A DNA stretch of 64,000 bases from Actinomycetota bacterium (GCA_041658625.1 JBAZZW010000002.1:538851-602850); one strand, 5' to 3'; shown: positions 8,946-18,124, counted from the first letter of the stretch. The notes: generated by a model not told the origin, from the letters alone. Program-made: numbers and translations.

Positions 8946-9354
8946 GTGTTCATTATCATTTGACGGAAGAACTGCGTCAAGGTTCGGCCAAACACTGTCC
9001 TATATAGCGGTCAAGTGACAGACAACTAGACAACCCATTGCTAGGCGCATTGTTCATAGAAAAGGTCAGCCAAGTAAGTTATTTAATTTCTATCTAATAA
9101 GCCATGGCAAAACCTCATCACTCTTCGGTAATCATAGAGAATGTTCGAAGACGCTCCGGCGGCCGCTGTCGCGTCACTGTAAAGTGTCAACAGAAACGGG
9201 GGAACTCCAACTCCAGTTTGTTGTTTATTGTAGCCGAGTGGGCTACGAGTCTTCTTCAAAAGAATATTCCATATACATAGCGTTTCCTCAGCTCTTGAGG
9301 TTTAGCACTTGAAAGTACATAATGAACCTAATCTTGTCTACTGGGGAGTTAATT

Positions 9355-11817
9355 ATGCCTTTGAAGATTAAGCTTAAGAATCAGTTTCGTGAGCCCCTCA
9401 ATACGGATGCGGGTTTCGTCGGTCGTGAAGACGAATTGGCGCGACTCATTACGATATTTCAGCAGAGGCAAGCCGCAACAGTCCTAGTCGCTGGACATCG
9501 AGGGGTAGGCAAGAGCGCACTGGTTGACGAGGCCTTAAAACGCTCGCAAGCCGACAAGAAAAAGCGCGTAGTTGCTCGATTGACGTTGCCCCATCTATCG
9601 CCCGGTAGTTCGGATATTCGAGATCAAATACTTCAATCGCTGGCGCGCTCGCTATATTTCTCTATCAAAGACGACAATAGCGTTCCAAAACCTCTTCGCG
9701 AAGTCAGCAAGGTTCTATATGATAAGACCTATTTGAAGGAACTACACGAGCAGACTGGGGTCGAGTCATTATTCGAAACCGAAGCTAAAGCCCGATCAGC
9801 GACAAAGACAAAGACTTCAATCGCTTTTGGCAAGATAGTTTCACTTATTGTCGGAACGTCGCTCTCTGGTGTGGTTGCTATCGGAGGAATCGCGGTTATT
9901 TCGAGAATCGTTACGGATCATGGCCTGAGTTGGGGAATAGTGGCTAGCGCTGTCGTGTTGGTTACGGTTGTGCTTTCAGCTTATCAACTTAATCTCGAAA
10001 AAGAGGATGAGAATACGACTATTGACAAGGCAACGGCTTCTAACAAGATAAACCGAATCGGTCTTTACGACGTATCTCCCGAGACCCTTGAATTTGAGCT
10101 TCGCGATCTTATAAAGGAGCTTGCAGCTAAAGGTCATCCTTGTGTCTTCGTGATTGACGAACTTGATAAGCTAGAGGCTTTTCCCAAAGGCGTTCAGCAG
10201 GACCCTGAAAGCGCTGGGCAGGATTTTAAAAAACACATCATATTCAGGATTTTGTCCAGTTTGAAAAACTTCTTTACATTGGGTTCTGGAATATTTGTGT
10301 TTATTTCAGGGGAAGATTTCTACGCCCAACTAAATGGACCCATTGAAACAGACATCTATTCGTTAGCTCATACCTTGTTCACTGATCAGGTTTTTGTTCA
10401 GGTTCTCTACTATCAGGACGTGGAGCGCTTGATTGAGCAGATTATTGCCGAAACGCCTGCGGACGAGGAGGAGTACCATCGCTTCAGGAACTATTTGTGT
10501 TGGCGCTCTCGAAATCATGTGTTTGATCTCTTATCACTCATCGGGGAATTTGTCAGATTTGATAATCGAGGCCAGCCATTTCTTTGGGGAGAGAAATCAG
10601 GAGCTCAGGACGGGCATTGGCATGAAGGCAATCTACCGACGAACTGGGAAGTTGCTGCTGCTCTGCAGAAAATAGTGGGGGCCGCTTATGATGAATCGGC
10701 GAGGCCGTCTGCTGGAGAGCAGCGTTTCAATCAAGCATTGTGGCTTACCCAACTGCGAACGGCCTATGATCTGTTCGCTGATATGCCCGTGAAGGTGCCA
10801 GAGGCTGGTTTTGAGTTGCCTGCTGCTTATGCCTGGGTAAAGAATCTAACGCCAAACGATCTTGATGACCTTGCTGGCGCAGTCGAGCGTCTGCTGGCTA
10901 AACTTGAGAGGTATGGTGCGGTAAGAGTAGTCTCGGAGACACTCACTCCCGAGACAGAAGGCCAGCCCGATGTCTCTGTGACTAGCTATACACTAGTTGA
11001 AAACCCACCTTATCCGCCCACGTCAGTCAACTCTGAAGTACAAAGAATCCCACTTGAGGATTATTATCTCGATATCGGGGCGAAAGCGGAGCACCTCGCA
11101 AAGAATCTATCCGTCTTGGGCATTGAGACACCGCAGTTATCCGATGAAATCAACGCTGTCGTCGATCTAATACTCGCAGTCAAGAACATTTCGCCACGAA
11201 ACACAGTACCGAGAAGCAGGGTCAAAGAAGGAATTAAACGAGCAGACGTTCTTGCCGAACAGATGGTCGAGACCGGCGTTAATGCAGTTATTACAAAATG
11301 GGCGGCGGATCACGGGATGCAGCTTAGTCAGGCACTTTCAGAAATTGAAAACAAAACTGGCACGCCCTGGCAAGACTCGCTTACCAGTGAGTTCCCAGAG
11401 TTTGTTGAGGCTTTGGACATAAGCGAGGTTGAATACTTCATCATCGGAGGTTCAACTTCCGAGAACCAGGTTTTAGTGCTGAATAATCGACGAGATCGTG
11501 ATTTGACGGCAGTAAGCGAGGCTTATTCAAAATCCTTGCCTGGTGAAAAGGGTCGCGATAGACGGAAACAACGTCTTCCGATAGTTGTAGTGAGCCAGTT
11601 GTCTCCCGGCAAAAATCCTCAGATTCCACGCGAAGTCGTTGAGGTTATCCAAGAAACCGAAGGTTGGTCTTTCTTCTCTGCCGTACTTGGACTTTTACCG
11701 AAAACGAAGAGAGTCAAAACGAATCTGGCAGGATGGACTGTCTTTTCTCTCGATCCTAGCTTGGATAATTTGGAAGACCTACCAGCTGAACTAGAAACGG
11801 TCTCATACATTACATAG
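9355..11817 (+). CDS. KAP-family-like P-loop NTPase with two TM helices inserted between Walker A and Walker B; ~550-aa uncharacterised C-terminal region
   Basis: Walker A VLVAGHRGVGKSAL (about 9484-9510), two hydrophobic helices (about 9814-9997), Walker B CVFVIDELDKLE (about 10135-10170). Start taken at ATG 9355 (GGGGAG RBS) rather than track start 9322. Confidence 0.65.
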   Translation: MPLKIKLKNQFREPLNTDAGFVGREDELARLITIFQQRQAATVLVAGHRGVGKSALVDEALKRSQADKKKRVVARLTLPHLSPGSSDIRDQILQSLARSLYFSIKDDNSVPKPLREVSKVLYDKTYLKELHEQTGVESLFETEAKARSATKTKTSIAFGKIVSLIVGTSLSGVVAIGGIAVISRIVTDHGLSWGIVASAVVLVTVVLSAYQLNLEKEDENTTIDKATASNKINRIGLYDVSPETLEFELRDLIKELAAKGHPCVFVIDELDKLEAFPKGVQQDPESAGQDFKKHIIFRILSSLKNFFTLGSGIFVFISGEDFYAQLNGPIETDIYSLAHTLFTDQVFVQVLYYQDVERLIEQIIAETPADEEEYHRFRNYLCWRSRNHVFDLLSLIGEFVRFDNRGQPFLWGEKSGAQDGHWHEGNLPTNWEVAAALQKIVGAAYDESARPSAGEQRFNQALWLTQLRTAYDLFADMPVKVPEAGFELPAAYAWVKNLTPNDLDDLAGAVERLLAKLERYGAVRVVSETLTPETEGQPDVSVTSYTLVENPPYPPTSVNSEVQRIPLEDYYLDIGAKAEHLAKNLSVLGIETPQLSDEINAVVDLILAVKNISPRNTVPRSRVKEGIKRADVLAEQMVETGVNAVITKWAADHGMQLSQALSEIENKTGTPWQDSLTSEFPEFVEALDISEVEYFIIGGSTSENQVLVLNNRRDRDLTAVSEAYSKSLPGEKGRDRRKQRLPIVVVSQLSPGKNPQIPREVVEVIQETEGWSFFSAVLGLLPKTKRVKTNLAGWTVFSLDPSLDNLEDLPAELETVSYIT

Positions 11818-11994
11818 CTATGTTGCCTAGCATTCTTACAACAGATTTCGAAACAGCAATGAAAACTATCGAGTGCATCTAATGTTCATCGAATAAGTCA
11901 CCGCAAAACTCCGCTACTCCTCGTTAATCACAGAGTACTCTCTTTAAAGACAATCCGCAGACAAGGACAGCCATCGGGTGATATAGTAATACAT

Positions 11995-12059
11995 TGTTGG
12001 TTGCGCTGGAGGGACTACGAATCCGTAGGTTGGAGGTTCGGCTCCTCTCGGGCGCGCCA
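11995..12059 (+). other. tRNA-like 3' fragment (T-arm-like GGAGG-TTCGGCT-CCTCT, acceptor-like CGGGCGC, G, CCA); no matching 5' acceptor strand
   Basis: Read directly; antisense ORF 11924..12130 translates to the RSRTSNLRIRSP-type peptide typical of tRNA-derived DNA. Possible degenerate tRNA or integration-site remnant. Confidence 0.25.
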
Positions 12060-12161
12060 CATCTCACCTGGGCAACAGATGATGATTTCTTTAATTGACA
12101 AGGTATTATCTGGGGCAATCTAATACTCATCTAATATTGATTGTCGCCGACAAGGAAGGCA

Positions 12162-13028
12162 ATGATATACAAAGGCTTGTACTCTCAGCGCAAGAAAATA
12201 AACCCTGATGAAGATGTTTTTTCATATTCGCTCCCTGCCCCAGTAAGAGCTGCAATATTTAATATTATTAAAAACACCAATCCGAATTGGTCATCTCACG
12301 GCAAAACCCGAAGGCCTTTAAAGGCCATTGTTAAGGATTTTTGTGAAAATCATTTATTTCACGGGATTACACCAAGAGCAGAAGACGCTTTTGCATCTGG
12401 GTACCAATACGCCGACCACCAACTTACCGATGACCTTAAGGCATGGATCCAAACGACTCCACAAGAATCTTTGTTTGATTTTATTGAAGTAGCAATTATT
12501 AATATGAGCGAGTCTAATTTAACGACGCTTGTTAAAGATATTAATGATTTGTTTCAAAGGGAAATGATTGGATTTGAGATTGTAAACGGAAACATTATTG
12601 ACAAGTCTGATGAATTCCTTCATCAAGAAGTTGTTCTGCAGCCAATTCTTGGGCTAAAAGCAGGAGGATTTGAAAAAGCCGAACAAGACTTCATGAAGGC
12701 ATTGCAGGAATATGCCCACAAAGATTATGCGGGAGCCCTTACAAGTGCTAATACTGCGCAGGAAAGCGTTATGAAGAGGATTCTTGGAGTCGAAAAAGGT
12801 GTGTCAAGTGATTTGGTTAAGACATTAGTTGAAAGGGGCATAATCCCTTCATATATGCAGAATAAAATGTTACTGCCCGTTTCGATAAGAAACAAAGATA
12901 GCGACGCACACGGCAGGCTTGATCCAATTGACGTCACGCCGGAACTAGCTCAATACGCGATTCATTGTGTCGGGGCTAATGTTGTGTTCTTGCTCAAAGT
13001 TACGAATATGGACGGCACCCAACAATAG
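12162..13028 (+). CDS. hypothetical protein with C-terminal HEPN-like Rx6H motif (candidate abortive-infection/RNase-type effector)
   Basis: ATG 12162 preceded by AAGGAAGG RBS (track start 12141 is TTG); C-terminal SIRNKDSDAHGRLD fits the HEPN Rx4-6H motif; AT-rich gene. Confidence 0.45.
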   Translation: MIYKGLYSQRKKINPDEDVFSYSLPAPVRAAIFNIIKNTNPNWSSHGKTRRPLKAIVKDFCENHLFHGITPRAEDAFASGYQYADHQLTDDLKAWIQTTPQESLFDFIEVAIINMSESNLTTLVKDINDLFQREMIGFEIVNGNIIDKSDEFLHQEVVLQPILGLKAGGFEKAEQDFMKALQEYAHKDYAGALTSANTAQESVMKRILGVEKGVSSDLVKTLVERGIIPSYMQNKMLLPVSIRNKDSDAHGRLDPIDVTPELAQYAIHCVGANVVFLLKVTNMDGTQQ

Positions 13029-13070
13029 CTGTTTATCGGTTTTGGGTTTCTCGTTTTTAGGAATAATTGC

Positions 13071-13118
13071 AACCAGACTCATAATCCGCGGCAAGTTCGA
13101 GTCCTGCTGTGTTCCCCA
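13071..13118 (+). other. second tRNA-like 3' fragment (CTCATAA loop-like segment, T-loop TTCGAGT, terminal CCCA); no 5' acceptor strand
   Basis: Read directly; GGCAAGTTCGAGTCCTGC resembles a T-arm; lies just downstream of the HEPN-motif gene. Confidence 0.25.
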
Positions 13119-13192
13119 AACAGGAGCTAATAAAAAGGCCGACTCCAATAAACAGACGTCTCTTCTCCTATTAGTTCATGTTTATCGCCTTG

Positions 13193-13591
13193 CTATTTCA
13201 AAGATCGCGCCCTTTGCGAGGCGACATATTCTTCTAGGTCGCTTTTCTGTACTCTCCACGACCCCGCTCCAGCGCCAATCCTGAAGCCTAGCAAGAGCTT
13301 CTTGTTTAGCATGTCGTAGACCTGCGCCTCAGAGAACCGCAACAGCTTGGCGACCTCGCTGACTGTCAGCAAACGATTAGGGTCAGCCATCTTGGCGGCT
13401 TCTTTTTCCGCCGCCTTTTCGTGATACTTTCTGGCGTCCTCGGCGTTAATGAACTTACGCCGGCCGAAGCGAGTGGTCCGGAATTCCCCGCGGCGCATCA
13501 TCTTGCGAACCGTGTTCGGCTCCATTTGTAAAATCTCCGCAACTTCCTCAACACTTATATATCCCGTTTTGTTAGACATATTCATGACCAC
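13193..13591 (-). CDS. DNA-binding protein with two tandem excisionase-type HTH domains
   Basis: 132 aa; YISVEEVAEILQMEPNTVRKMMRRGEF and LLTVSEVAKLLRFSEAQVYDMLNKK are both HTH_17-like. Confidence 0.6.
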   Translation of the reverse strand: MVMNMSNKTGYISVEEVAEILQMEPNTVRKMMRRGEFRTTRFGRRKFINAEDARKYHEKAAEKEAAKMADPNRLLTVSEVAKLLRFSEAQVYDMLNKKLLLGFRIGAGAGSWRVQKSDLEEYVASQRARSLK

Positions 13592-13650
13592 TTTCGTTTG
13601 CTTCAGTCTTCCGTTATCTTCATATATATCAACAATATATCATATTTCAT

Positions 13651-14472
13651 TTAACTTGTTACTAATCCGCCGTAGCCAACGACACTCGCCGTATCCATGC
13701 TGAAGTCGGCGCTGGTCGCGTACTTAATTAGCTCCGCCTTGGTGGCGCCCAGTTCTTTGGCCGCGTATAGCATGATCGCCACAGGTCCTACTCCGCACAT
13801 AGTGATGTCGTTTTCATAGACGGTCTGAAGCAGAAATTCCGGATCCAAGGCCAGAATCGCGTCTATCGCCAGCTTGTCCAATGATTCGGCAACCGATAAA
13901 GGCTCATAATGGGTGAAATCAGTCGATGCGACGATTAAGACGTCTTCTTTTTCCTGACGGATCGCCTCCGCGATGGCGTGCCCAACCTCCCGGTAGACGG
14001 TTATGTCAGGGAGTCCCTTAATAGCAACCGGCACGAAGGTAAAGTCATTACCGGTTATCACCTGCAGGAAGGGCAACTGAACTTCAACGGAATGCTCCAG
14101 CCGATGAGCGTCATAGCTGACTTTGATGTTCTTGCTGTTGGCCATCATACGCGCGGCCAGCGCTTCGTCTATGTCTGCGTTTCCCAGTGGGGTCTTCCAG
14201 GTCCCCGTGTCTTCGATTGAAATCGGGAAGCCGAACCCTGAGTGATTAGGCCCGATAACAATAAACCGTTTTGGAGGCTCGATCGCTCCATATACGCTGC
14301 CGGCAACCGGGCCGGAATATTCGTAACCCGCGTGAGGAACGACGATCCCTTTGGCTTTTACTTTCGACTCTCGCTCGGCTTGTGCCTTTAGAAGCTTCTT
14401 GACGTCCCTTGTCAGCCCTTCTTCGTAACCCAAGTAGAACAGTCCGGCCGCGTAAGGTGTCCGCTTATTCAT
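13651..14472 (-). CDS. AmmeMemoRadiSam system protein B (MEMO1-family)
   Basis: 273 aa; motifs VVPHAGYEYSG, HSVEVQLPFLQ, STDFTHY, CGVGP. Confidence 0.85.
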   Translation of the reverse strand: MNKRTPYAAGLFYLGYEEGLTRDVKKLLKAQAERESKVKAKGIVVPHAGYEYSGPVAGSVYGAIEPPKRFIVIGPNHSGFGFPISIEDTGTWKTPLGNADIDEALAARMMANSKNIKVSYDAHRLEHSVEVQLPFLQVITGNDFTFVPVAIKGLPDITVYREVGHAIAEAIRQEKEDVLIVASTDFTHYEPLSVAESLDKLAIDAILALDPEFLLQTVYENDITMCGVGPVAIMLYAAKELGATKAELIKYATSADFSMDTASVVGYGGLVTS

Positions 14473-15382
14473 TGGTTGGGTTCCCCCTCCCTACGTTCAT
14501 CATGGCAATATAGTCTCCGTCAATCGATTTGCTGACGAGTTTCGCCATTTCAAGTACCACCAAAATACTACTTACTTTTCCACATTGCAAGCCCGTTTCA
14601 TAAATAATTTTTGTTATCGCTTTTGGAGTTCCTTCTATCGCAGATAACACGGCATTTTCTTCTGCTGTTAGAGTTCCTCTAAAATGACTAATATCTACTT
14701 TGCCTTGTCCTTTTTCTGATTTGCTTGTAGGTATTTCAAGTTCTTCCAGGATGTCCTCGGCGGATTCAACTAAACAGGCTCCTGCTTTTAGAAGCTTGTT
14801 TGGAGTTGCGCTGTTCCGACTGGTAACTGATCCGGGTAGCGCGTAAACGTCTCGACCCTGCGACAAGGCCATATCAGCTGTAATTAGCGTCCCGCTTCTG
14901 GCCGCGCCCTCAACGACCAAAACGCCTATGGACAATCCGCTGATAATCCGGTTTCGCGAGGGAAAATGGTCGCCGCGAGGTTGGGTACCCGGGGGATGCT
15001 CACTTACAAGAGATCCGGCCGAAGCGATCGCTCTTTGCAGTTTCCGGTTGACTGCCGGGTAGTAAACGTCTGCTCCGCAGCCAAGGACGGCCACGGTTCC
15101 GCCTCCGCCGTCCAAGGCGCCCCGATGAGCGGCGGCGTCAACACCTTCTGCCAGACCACTAATTATCAACATTCCATTTTCGCTTAACTCTCGAGAGATT
15201 GAGTAGGCCATATCAAGCCCGTACTTAGTCGCCCTTCTGGAGCCCACAACAGCAAAACCGGCCCGATTGTCCCTGTTAACTGTGTTGATAAGATTCCCGA
15301 CAACATAGAGTTTCTCCGGCGGATCAGGAATCAGTCTCAGCATTTCCGGGTACCGCGTATCGGTTTTTCTAAGAATCATCAA
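14465..15382 (-). CDS. dprA: DNA-processing protein DprA (Smf family)
   Basis: 305 aa; Rossmann-like core VVGSRRATKYG...SGLAEGVDAAAHRGAL...VAVLGCG. Confidence 0.85.
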   Translation of the reverse strand: MMILRKTDTRYPEMLRLIPDPPEKLYVVGNLINTVNRDNRAGFAVVGSRRATKYGLDMAYSISRELSENGMLIISGLAEGVDAAAHRGALDGGGGTVAVLGCGADVYYPAVNRKLQRAIASAGSLVSEHPPGTQPRGDHFPSRNRIISGLSIGVLVVEGAARSGTLITADMALSQGRDVYALPGSVTSRNSATPNKLLKAGACLVESAEDILEELEIPTSKSEKGQGKVDISHFRGTLTAEENAVLSAIEGTPKAITKIIYETGLQCGKVSSILVVLEMAKLVSKSIDGDYIAMMNVGRGNPTNE

Positions 15383-16921
15383 CTAAATAATCCTTACCTC
15401 TCTATCAAGCGCCCGATATTGAACAGCCTCCGCGATATGTTCTATGCGTATGTCGTTTTCGCCAGCCAGATCCGCGATTGTCCGCGCGAGGCGCTTAACC
15501 TTTGAATAAGCCCGCGCAGTCATGCCGAACCGATCAATCGCTTGACCCAAGAACTCTTGTGCCTGAGAATCAAGACGGCAGAATTCACGCATCATTCTCG
15601 GTTTAAGGCGCGCGTTAACCCTAACGCCCGTTCCTTTCATTCTTTCAATCTGCCGCCGTCTGGCTTCGACCACCCGCGCCCTTATGCACCCAGAGGCTTC
15701 TCCATCCTGCTCAGACAACATTTGTTCCTTGCTGACCCTTCCGATCTGAACATGCATGTCAATCCGGTCTCTTAGCGGCCCGCTCATTTTTGAGCGGTAG
15801 TGTCTTATCTCTTGCGGCGTACAATCACAATCCCTAACGGTATCGCCAAGAAATCCGCACGGGCAAGGATTCATAGCGGCTATTAACATGAATTCGGTCG
15901 GGTAATCCACGATGCCTGCCGCGCGTGATACTGTTACCCGGCCGCTTTCAATCGGCTGCCTCATGACCTCTAGTACATGCCTTTTAAACTCGTTCACCTC
16001 GTCCAAGAAGAGAACTCCGTTATGACTTAAACTGACCTCGCCCGGCTTTGGCACTGTTCCGCCGCCGATTAATCCGATATCCGAAATCGTGTGGTGCGGG
16101 CTGCGGAACGGCCGTTCCGTAATTAGCGGACAATCCGCTGTAAGCATTCGCGCCGTACTGTAGACTTTTGTCGTCTCGATAGCCTCTTCGATGTCAAGTT
16201 CCGGCAGAATTCCTGGAAACGCTTCTGCCAGCATAGTTTTTCCAGATCCTGGCGGACCGAACATAAGAAGGTTATGTCCGCCGGCCGCGGCTATTTCCAT
16301 CGCCCGTTTGGCCTGGTCTTGACCGCGGATCTCGCACATATCTTGAGATTCCGTCGACATATCTTTCAACAGCCGTTCTACGTCAATCTTCACCGGCTTT
16401 ATGCTCGACTCGGCAGATAAAAACGTTGCGGCTTCTAAAAGATTGTTCACGGGGATAACATCGACTCCCCTGACAAGCGCGGCTTCCGGCGCGTTTTCTG
16501 CCGGGACGATAATCCCTGCGCGTCCGGACCCCCTGGCATATAGAGAAAAAGGCAAAGCTCCGGCAACTCGTCGTACAGATCCATCCAGAGCGAGTTCTCC
16601 GACAACAACATAGCTGTCAGGCTTTTTTTGCTTAATTTGCTTTGTGGCTATTAAGATTGACAAGGCGATCGGCAAATCGAAAGATGGTCCTTCCTTACGA
16701 AGATCAGCGGGTGCCAGGTTTACCGTTATTCGTCGCTTGGGAAATATAAACTCCGAATTTGTGATACCCGCCTTAACGCGCTCCCTTGATTCCCTAATTG
16801 CCGTGTCGGGTAGGCCGACAACGATAAATCCGGGAAGCCCGCCAACGACATGCGCCTCAACCTCTACCCCGCAAGCGTCTATCCCAATGACAGATGATGA
16901 TGTGATTCTAGCGATCATCAA
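15383..16921 (-). CDS. comM: YifB/ComM-family Mg-chelatase-like AAA+ ATPase
   Basis: 512 aa; N-terminal Lon-like domain, Walker A GPPGSGKT, Walker B VLFLDE, C-terminal ChlI-like region. Confidence 0.9.
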   Translation of the reverse strand: MMIARITSSSVIGIDACGVEVEAHVVGGLPGFIVVGLPDTAIRESRERVKAGITNSEFIFPKRRITVNLAPADLRKEGPSFDLPIALSILIATKQIKQKKPDSYVVVGELALDGSVRRVAGALPFSLYARGSGRAGIIVPAENAPEAALVRGVDVIPVNNLLEAATFLSAESSIKPVKIDVERLLKDMSTESQDMCEIRGQDQAKRAMEIAAAGGHNLLMFGPPGSGKTMLAEAFPGILPELDIEEAIETTKVYSTARMLTADCPLITERPFRSPHHTISDIGLIGGGTVPKPGEVSLSHNGVLFLDEVNEFKRHVLEVMRQPIESGRVTVSRAAGIVDYPTEFMLIAAMNPCPCGFLGDTVRDCDCTPQEIRHYRSKMSGPLRDRIDMHVQIGRVSKEQMLSEQDGEASGCIRARVVEARRRQIERMKGTGVRVNARLKPRMMREFCRLDSQAQEFLGQAIDRFGMTARAYSKVKRLARTIADLAGENDIRIEHIAEAVQYRALDREVRII

Positions 16922-17300
16922 TTACCGCGTTCCGGACGTGTTCGAGGTTTCTAATGCGGCCGTCATGTGACATCAAGATTGAGATAACGTCAATGCGCGT
17001 GTCTTCAAACATCGATCGAAGATTGTTTATCCCACCGTAAGTCAGATATCCATCCGCCAGCTTCAACAACTTTTTACGCTTCTTTTTATCTACGGCCTCG
17101 AATGGCTCGCCGACCGTGTTCCCGGATCTTGTTTTTACTTCAACGAAAACTAGAGTCTTGTCTTTGGCTGCGATTAAGTCGAGCTCGCCGACCTTAGTCC
17201 TATAATTACGTCCAAGAATTCGATAGCCTTTACGACGGAGATAGTCTGCGGCAAGAGATTCCCCTAGTCGTCCGAGGGCGTGGTCGTTTCTTTCATTCAT
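16908..17300 (-). CDS. yraN: YraN-family (UPF0102) endonuclease-like protein
   Basis: 130 aa; GESLAADYLRRKGYRILGRNYRTKVGELDLIA...VFVEVKTR motif. Confidence 0.8.
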   Translation of the reverse strand: MNERNDHALGRLGESLAADYLRRKGYRILGRNYRTKVGELDLIAAKDKTLVFVEVKTRSGNTVGEPFEAVDKKKRKKLLKLADGYLTYGGINNLRSMFEDTRIDVISILMSHDGRIRNLEHVRNAVIDDR

Positions 17301-17368
17301 ATTGATAATGTGTCAAATATTCTCTAATCTGTCAAGTTATATTTGACATTATTTGAGATATTGGAAAG

Positions 17369-17815
17369 TTAATTAAGTCTAGCGGCGTATTCCTCGAGGG
17401 TCATTATGTCGGTGAGACCGCGGACGACCCTGGCGAGCTTTTTATCCGCTGTTATAAGTCGGAGTCCTTCAAGGTCGGCTTGGGCGACGAAGTAGGCGTC
17501 ATAGACTGTTATGCCCGCCTGCATCGCTAACTCGATCGCTACGTGCAAAACATTTGAGTCAAATGCTATAGTTGGCAGGCCTTCGTCTTGAAGAGCTTGA
17601 ATCGCGCGATTAATCTCTCTTGGCTTGTCAATACTCGACCATCGCAAACCATTCGCGATTTCATAGAAAGAGAGCTCGGTAATAGCCGTTAGGATTCGGC
17701 CTTTGTTGATGGCCGCTTTAAGCCATAGGGCCTGATAAGAGTCTTCTTCCTCAAGGAACCATTTTATTAGTATGCTTGAATCCAAGAGAATAGGTGTGCT
17801 GCTTTTATTTGCCAA
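17369..17815 (-). CDS. vapC: PIN-domain toxin VapC-like
   Basis: 148 aa; N-terminal ILLDSSILI strand with conserved Asp, later acidic residues (DAYF, ITAD); overlaps upstream antitoxin by 11 nt. Confidence 0.7.
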   Translation of the reverse strand: MANKSSTPILLDSSILIKWFLEEEDSYQALWLKAAINKGRILTAITELSFYEIANGLRWSSIDKPREINRAIQALQDEGLPTIAFDSNVLHVAIELAMQAGITVYDAYFVAQADLEGLRLITADKKLARVVRGLTDIMTLEEYAARLN

Positions 17816-18068
17816 TAGGACCTCTCATCGCGCGGATAATCTCTGTGGAATCACCATGCCAATGGCCTTTTGTCGACTCTCGTATTTCATCCATTATCTT
17901 GCCTGCCTGTTTTCGGCGGGCTTTCAGTTCCTTTTCGTTCTTCCTCTCTTCTATCCCGGCGCGAATATACTCACGGATAATCTCGCTCCGCGATCTGGAT
18001 TCTTCTTTTGCCGTTTGATCGAGCTCATTAATATATGCGTCGGGCATGGTCAGAATAATCCTGGACAT
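17805..18068 (-). CDS. vapB: ribbon-helix-helix (CopG-like) antitoxin VapB-like
   Basis: 87 aa; N-terminal RIILTMPDAYINELDQTAKEESRSRSEIIREYI is a classic RHH fold signature. Confidence 0.65.
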   Translation of the reverse strand: MSRIILTMPDAYINELDQTAKEESRSRSEIIREYIRAGIEERKNEKELKARRKQAGKIMDEIRESTKGHWHGDSTEIIRAMRGPIGK

Positions 18069-18124
18069 TGTTACCTCCTCTTGAATGATATCTTTCTGGT
18101 ATCAATTGTATATCTCTTGTTTGT

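Noticed and set aside
11924-12130. 68-aa minus-strand ORF
   Set aside because: Its translation (ERSRTSNLRIRSP) is the signature of reading across tRNA-derived DNA; reported instead as a tRNA-like fragment.
12945-13148. 67-aa minus-strand ORF
   Set aside because: Overlaps the HEPN-motif gene end and the second tRNA-like fragment (QQDSNLPR translation); spurious.
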